Below are positions 58,410 to 64,000 of a DNA stretch of 64,000 nt, piece by piece. The stretch lies in assembly GCA_024346625.1 (NCBI GenBank), contig AP024666.1, forward strand, positions 1,054,001-1,118,000, given 5' to 3'. The first letter of the stretch is position 1. Each line of letters opens with the position of its first letter. Below the pieces are notes generated by a model. It did no database searches. It was not told where the DNA came from and saw nothing but the letters and a program-made list of their open reading frames with translations. The DNA comes from Williopsis jadinii (lineage: Eukaryota). Made by a program: the position numbers and the translations under genes.

Positions 58410-61265
58410 ATGTCGTATGTGATTGGTGTGGATGTTGGTGGCACAAACACCGACTCGGTGCTGTTAGATCCAACCAGAGCCACAGTCGGTGAGTCTGTTA
58501 TCAGCTGGAGCAAGCAGGTGACATCGGCCAACGCTGCGGAAGCGATTGAGCAATCAGTTGAAGCGCTGTTCCAATCACAGACCAGCGTGGTGAAAACGGA
58601 CGTGCTCAGCGTCACCATCGGGACCACACATTTCATCAATGCCGTGGTTGAGCGAGATTGCTCCAAGTTGGCTAGAGTTGCTGTATTGAGGCTTTGCGGG
58701 CCTTACTCACACAGCGTACCGCCGTTCACAGACTTCCCCAGAGACCTGGCGGATGTGATAAAGGGCTACGTCGGATATCTGAAGGGTGGCTATCACGTTG
58801 GTGGGGAGCAGATCGAACGGCTGGACGAGTCCGAGGTTGTTGAGCACGCCCGTAGGATCAGAGGCCTGGGAATCAAGGCCATTGTTGTCACTGGTGTGTT
58901 CTCTCCAGTGTTCTCACAGCAGGAGCAGGCGGTTGCTTCCTTGCTGACAGAGGAGCTTGGAGATGTGAGCGTGGTGGTCTCACATGAGCTCAGCGGCGTT
59001 GGGTACCTGGAGCGTGAGAACCTGAGCATTCTGAATGCCTCTGTCAAGCGGTATTCCACGAGGATGATTAGAGCGTTTGCGAAAGCGGTGAGAGAGGCAC
59101 ACATCGAAGCCCCGATCTTGCTCACACAGAACGATGGGACTGTGCTTACAGTGCCAGAGGCCCTGAAGGTTCCCATCCGAACGTTCTCCTCTGGTACGAC
59201 GAATTCGATGAGAGGGGCCTCTTTCCTCCTGGGGAGCCTTGAAGGCCAGAAGGTTATCGTGGTTGATGTTGGCGGTACTACGACAGACGTGGGGCTCCTC
59301 TTGGAGTCTGGCTATCCACGGAAGACATCATCTTTCTCATTTATCGGGGGTGTCAAGACAAGGTTGGCGATGCCTCAAGTAGAGAGCGTTGGGCTCGGTG
59401 GAGGATCAATAGTTCGGATTACAGAAAACAACGACGTGAGCATTGGTCCTGACTCAATAGGAAGCGATTTGACAAGGTCTGTTGTTGGAGGAGGAGATAC
59501 TCTCACTGCTTCTGACGTTGCCATATGTGCGCAACTTGAGGAGGAAGATCACTCTTCCAATATCTATGCGTTTGGTGATCCTGAGAGAGTTAGAGGGAAG
59601 GTTACAAAGCACATGGTTCACCATTACCGGTGTAAAGTTGCTGAAATTGTTGAGAAGGTTGTTGATCGTATGAAGACGTCTCCAGAAGACATTCCAGTGC
59701 TTCTTGTTGGTGGTGGGTCGTTCATCCTACCTCCTGACATTAGAGGTGCTTCTGAAGTTCGGAGACCAGAATTCTTTGCCGTGGCCAATGCAATAGGTGC
59801 TGCTATTGGCAAGATCAGCTCGATTGCCCAGTCGTTTGGTAGCATTGATAACAAGGATGCAATGATTGAGAAGCTCAAAAAAGAAGCTGTTGCAAGAGCC
59901 ATCACTAAGGGAGCCATGGAGGACACCATCAGAATCATTGACATTGCCGAAGAGGAGATCCCATACACAAATATGCACAGGTTTGAAGTCAAAGCTATAG
60001 CTGATGTTGATTATAAGAGATTGAAGCAGATCACAGTCAACTTGGACGATGATGTTTATGAACCAGAGTCCGTTCCAGTGACCAACAAGCATGTTCCTGA
60101 GTTGAGAGCGAAGGAGCCAACAGTTGATTATAGGAAATATAAACCGTCTGTGATTAACAAAGAGTGGAATTTGAGCATCACTGACTTGGAGTTCTTGAGG
60201 ATTGGCACGTATATCTTAGGATGTGGTGGTGGCGGAGACCCGTATGCCCAGTACTTGTCAGCCAAAATCCTATTACAACGTGGCTATCGGATGACAGTTG
60301 TTGATGCAGATATGGAGAAGGATTACAATTCTATCAGCGTGGGCTTTGTCGGCTCACCAACTGTTGCGAATGAACGTATTCAGGGATCTGAGATCATGAC
60401 GGCTTACAAGATGTTGAGCTTCAGTAACGATGTTGATAGCGTTCTAGGTTTGGAAATTGGAGGAGGGAACGGGTTCCAAGCCTTACTACTCGGCGCAGAG
60501 CTTGGAATCAAGATCATTGATGGTGATCTTATGGGGAGAGCATATCCAATGATCTGGCAAATCACCCCCAATGTGTGTAGCGAGTGTCCATGCTTCTCTC
60601 CATGTGCTATAAGTGATGGCAATGGCAACGACATTCTGATTAAAAATACAAAATCAAACAAGTCGGCTGAAGATATCATACGAGCCATCTTGAGCGAGCT
60701 TGGTCTCTTTGTGGGATTGGTGACGGAGGTGAAGAATGTCAATCGAGTGCTCGTCAGGAACAGTGTATCATTGGCATGGAGGATTGGACGGGCAGTATGC
60801 ATTGCCAGACAAAATGCGGACTTGGAGAACGTTTCCACTCGTATAGTCGAATGTCTAGGACAGAACTCTGCCGTATAACTGTTCCAAGGAAAGATCGTGG
60901 GCGTTGAGAAGAAAGTTCGGAAAGGTTATGTGTTTGGTGAGGTTATCATTGAGAATGAGGCCCACACCATGAAGGTACAGTTCCAGAATGAAAACATCTA
61001 CGCTACAATCGACGGAGAGGTTGTGGCCTCGGTTCCAGACCTGATCTCTGTCATTGACTCAGAAACCGGCGAGGCCGTCGGGACGCCAGACTACAGATAT
61101 GGCATCTTGGTAGTGGTCCTGGCCTTATCACCAAGTAACCTATGGACAGACACCGAGAGGGCGCTACAGATCGGTGGGCCGAGTGCGTTCGGACTCGACG
61201 AAGTTCACTACACGCCCACGGGCCAGTATTCCAAGCCTGCCAGTGTCATTGACCAGTACACGTAG
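58410..61265 (+). pseudogene. Hydantoinase/oxoprolinase-DUF917 fusion interrupted by a single in-frame TAA (60876-60878)
   Basis: IGVDVGGTNTD, IGTTHFINAVVE, LTQNDGT, VVDVGGTTTDVG, GLGGGS; DUF917 part ILGCGGGGDP, EIGGGNG, DGDLMGRAYP. After the TAA the same frame continues LFQGKIVGVEK...FQNEN...VPDLISV...DYRYG. Confidence 0.8.
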
Positions 61266-61458
61266 ATCGATTCCATACAACCACCACCAGCCAGAGGTAA
61301 TAAAAGGCCGAGGTGTACGGATGTGGTGATGTAGTGCGCGAACCGTAAAGTTTTCCAGCCAAAGAAAACGTCCGAATTTTTAAGGGGAAAATCCCCTAAC
61401 GAAGCACAATAAACAAACAACAACGGAAACAACTGCTTCGTATAGATTCCCCTAAAAG

Positions 61459-62925
61459 ATGTTTCGCCATTCTCTGAGAGTCAACCTGACCCGTGAGAAC
61501 ATCAGAAGACTCGCTGGAACTGCCTGGAAGTCGCCTTGTGTGCGTTCTTGTCAACAGTTTTCCACTTCAAGAGTGTCGCAGTTGAGTGAGTTTGATGCCT
61601 ATCATCCCCCACGCCACCAGCCAGCTCCTCATGAGATCGACAAGGAGAGCATCAACAACCCGCTGGGAACTTACCAGCCTACCCAGCTTTTGGAGGACCT
61701 GGATTTGTACGATGAGGACACAAGAGACTACATGGAGAGTGGTAAGGAGGACAAGTCTAAGATTAGACACTTTACCGTGAACTTTGGTCCTCAGCACCCT
61801 GCTGCTCACGGTGTGTTGAGATTGATTCTCGAGTTGCACGGTGAGGAGATCATCAGGGCTGATCCTCATATCGGTCTGCTTCACAGAGGTACCGAGAAGC
61901 TGATCGAGTCCAAGACTTATTTGCAAGCTTTGCCATACTTTGACCGTCTTGATTATGTGTCCATGATGACCAACGAGTTGTCCTTTGCTTTGGCCACTGA
62001 AAAGCTGTTGAACATCGAGGTGCCAATCAGAGCTAAGTACATTAGAACCCTTTTCGGTGAAATCACCAGAATCTTGAACCACTTGATGTCCATCTTGTCC
62101 CACGCGATGGATGTTGGTGCCTTGACGCCTTTCTTGTGGGGGTTCGAGGAGCGTGAAAAGCTTATGGAGTACTATGAGCGTGTTTCTGGTGCTAGATTGC
62201 ACGCTGCCTACTTTAGACCAGGTGGTGTTTCCCAGGATATCCCACAAGGTTTGTTGGATGACATTTACATGTGGGCTACACAGTTCGGTGACCGTATTGA
62301 TGAAACCGAAGAACTATTGACCGACAACAGAATCTGGAAGCAGAGAACCATTGGTATTGGTATTCTGACTGCAGAGGAGGCCATGAACTACGGTTGTTCA
62401 GGTGTCATGCTCAGAGGTTCAGGTATCCCATACGATATCCGTAAGGCTCAGCCATACGATGCATATGACTTGGTTGACTTTGATATTCCAGTTGGTCTCA
62501 ACGGTGACTGTTATGACCGTTACCTAGTCCGTATGGCTGAGTTCAGACAGTCCTTGAGAATCATTGAGCAGTGTTGCAATGATATGCCACCAGGTCCTGT
62601 CAAAGTGGAGGACTACAAGATCTCCCCTCCACCAAGAGCATTGATGAAGGAAGATATGGAGGCCCTTATCCATCACTTCTTGCTCTTCAGTAAGGGTTAT
62701 GCTGTACCACAAGGTGAGACATATGTCCCAATTGAGGCTCCAAAGGGTGAGATGGGTGTATATCTTGTCAGCGATGGTTCTGAGAGACCGTACAAGTGTA
62801 AAATCAGAGCACCAGGTTTCGCTCACTTGGGTGCGTTTGACCACATTGCCAGAGGTCACTTCCTTGCCGATGCTGTTGCAATCATTGGTACCATGGATCT
62901 TGTGTTTGGTGAGGTTGATCGTTAA
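61459..62925 (+). CDS. NUCM: NADH:ubiquinone oxidoreductase 49-kDa subunit (NUCM/NDUFS2)
   Basis: Presequence; [49 protein letters not shown]-terminal DLVFGEVDR. Confidence 0.97.
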   Translation: MFRHSLRVNLTRENIRRLAGTAWKSPCVRSCQQFSTSRVSQLSEFDAYHPPRHQPAPHEIDKESINNPLGTYQPTQLLEDLDLYDEDTRDYMESGKEDKSKIRHFTVNFGPQHPAAHGVLRLILELHGEEIIRADPHIGLLHRGTEKLIESKTYLQALPYFDRLDYVSMMTNELSFALATEKLLNIEVPIRAKYIRTLFGEITRILNHLMSILSHAMDVGALTPFLWGFEEREKLMEYYERVSGARLHAAYFRPGGVSQDIPQGLLDDIYMWATQFGDRIDETEELLTDNRIWKQRTIGIGILTAEEAMNYGCSGVMLRGSGIPYDIRKAQPYDAYDLVDFDIPVGLNGDCYDRYLVRMAEFRQSLRIIEQCCNDMPPGPVKVEDYKISPPPRALMKEDMEALIHHFLLFSKGYAVPQGETYVPIEAPKGEMGVYLVSDGSERPYKCKIRAPGFAHLGAFDHIARGHFLADAVAIIGTMDLVFGEVDR

Positions 62926-63079
62926 AGAGATTTCAACCAATCACCGTATTATCACTATTTATTGACATCAGTCACCCATATATTTATTTATATTTATTCC
63001 CTTCCACTTCATATCTTATTTATGCAACATATAACACACATGGATTCTCCATTATCTAACTTGACCATCGACAGATATG

Positions 63080-63928
63080 TTATACCTTTTCGTTTAGGTC
63101 CTCAATCGAACTGCTATCGGAACTGTTTGATGTGTTGATGAAGTCTTTGAGATCATCATCAAACATCATCTCCATGTGTACGCTTGGTGGTCTCTTTGGC
63201 GTCCCTGTAGTCTTCCACATGTGTCCTGCGATGTTACCGGCATCCTTCTCAGGATCCAGCGTTGATGGCGTTGATTGTAAGGTGAAGTTGGCTGTCTGCG
63301 GTGACTCTATAGGCGAGTTATCCCAGCTGAGGTACGAATCATCTGGCTTCTCATAGTCTGCCAGTGCAATCATCTCAGTAGGCGATATAAACAGAGAGCT
63401 TCTTGAAGCTCTTGCCAGAGCCGTCCTGTAAGATCTTCCCTGGGCACCACTGTTGACCAGGAGGTCTTCAGTAGAGACCGAGCCAAGCACGTTGATTGTG
63501 CTGGAGGAGTTGAGCGAGTATATGGACGGCGCGATGCTCTTCTTGTCGTGGAACAAGGATGGATCCGGGTCCGGGAGGGAGTTGACGATGAAAGGATGAG
63601 CCTTCTTTGCCTTATTGCTCGATCTGTGCCAGATAATCATCCTGGCAAGTATAATACTGATGAAGAACGCCCCCAGAACAGCACCAACAACGATGAAGAC
63701 CAGCTGAGAGGGCAGCGTGTATGATTGAATAAACGGGTTCTTACCTTCAGGTACCTGCACCACGAAAGACGTTGTTGATGATGATGACAAGGAGGTGACA
63801 CTCGTGCTGGAAGACGTTGCTGTAATTATTGGCATCGAGCTTGTAGACTCCACTGTGCTTATGGTTGCGTTGGCCGAGCTCGCAGCCTTGACCACATGGT
63901 CTGTAACTAACACCGTTCTGATAACCAT
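63080..63928 (-). CDS. Single-pass membrane protein, Prm5/Csi2-like
   Basis: First ATG at 63928 (an in-frame TAG lies upstream). S/T-rich ectodomain, NPFIQ..LPSQLVFIVVGAVLG TM segment, cytosolic RSSLFISPTE and KRPPS motifs. Confidence 0.7.
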   Translation of the reverse strand: MVIRTVLVTDHVVKAASSANATISTVESTSSMPIITATSSSTSVTSLSSSSTTSFVVQVPEGKNPFIQSYTLPSQLVFIVVGAVLGAFFISIILARMIIWHRSSNKAKKAHPFIVNSLPDPDPSLFHDKKSIAPSIYSLNSSSTINVLGSVSTEDLLVNSGAQGRSYRTALARASRSSLFISPTEMIALADYEKPDDSYLSWDNSPIESPQTANFTLQSTPSTLDPEKDAGNIAGHMWKTTGTPKRPPSVHMEMMFDDDLKDFINTSNSSDSSSIEDLNEKV

Positions 63929-64000
63929 CGTGGAACTGTTCAAACTGCTGCTTAGACTGCTTGGCTACAGCACTATAGGTGGCAGAAAGAGGGAGAGAAC

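Overview
64 kb of a budding-yeast (Saccharomycotina) chromosome. A CTG codon falls on a conserved Leu (ELSKT in CAF40), complex I is present and there is an AFT-type factor, so a Cyberlindnera/Wickerhamomyces-like host is plausible (inference). About 25 ordinary genes are present. Several lie in blocks matching S. cerevisiae neighbourhoods: COX5-HPM1, CAF40-SEC21, VPS68-MCK1-MRPS18-RPL25-MDH2 and USV1-YPL229W-CET1-ALG5. Four host genes have introns that the ORF track misses. The main finding is a 6.8-kb degenerate CACTA/CMC (EnSpm-like) DNA transposon at 26780-33594, inside a 13-kb gap with no host genes. It has CACTGGG...CCCAGTG ends, a TA target duplication and 50-bp subterminal tandem repeats. 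It also carries an intron-containing minus-strand frame of about 1,670 codons with TNP2/Transposase_21-like motifs, broken by at least 9 in-frame stops, several frameshifts and a 38-bp duplication. I do not know this superfamily as a described element in budding yeasts. Smaller findings include a hydantoinase-DUF917 gene with one premature stop next to a Zn2Cys6 factor, an atypical thioredoxin, an AFT factor without the CDC sensor motif, an Spt21 homologue that keeps an Ams2-type GATA finger, an orphan LEA-like protein and several promoter minisatellites. No tRNA, rRNA or CRISPR array was recognised.
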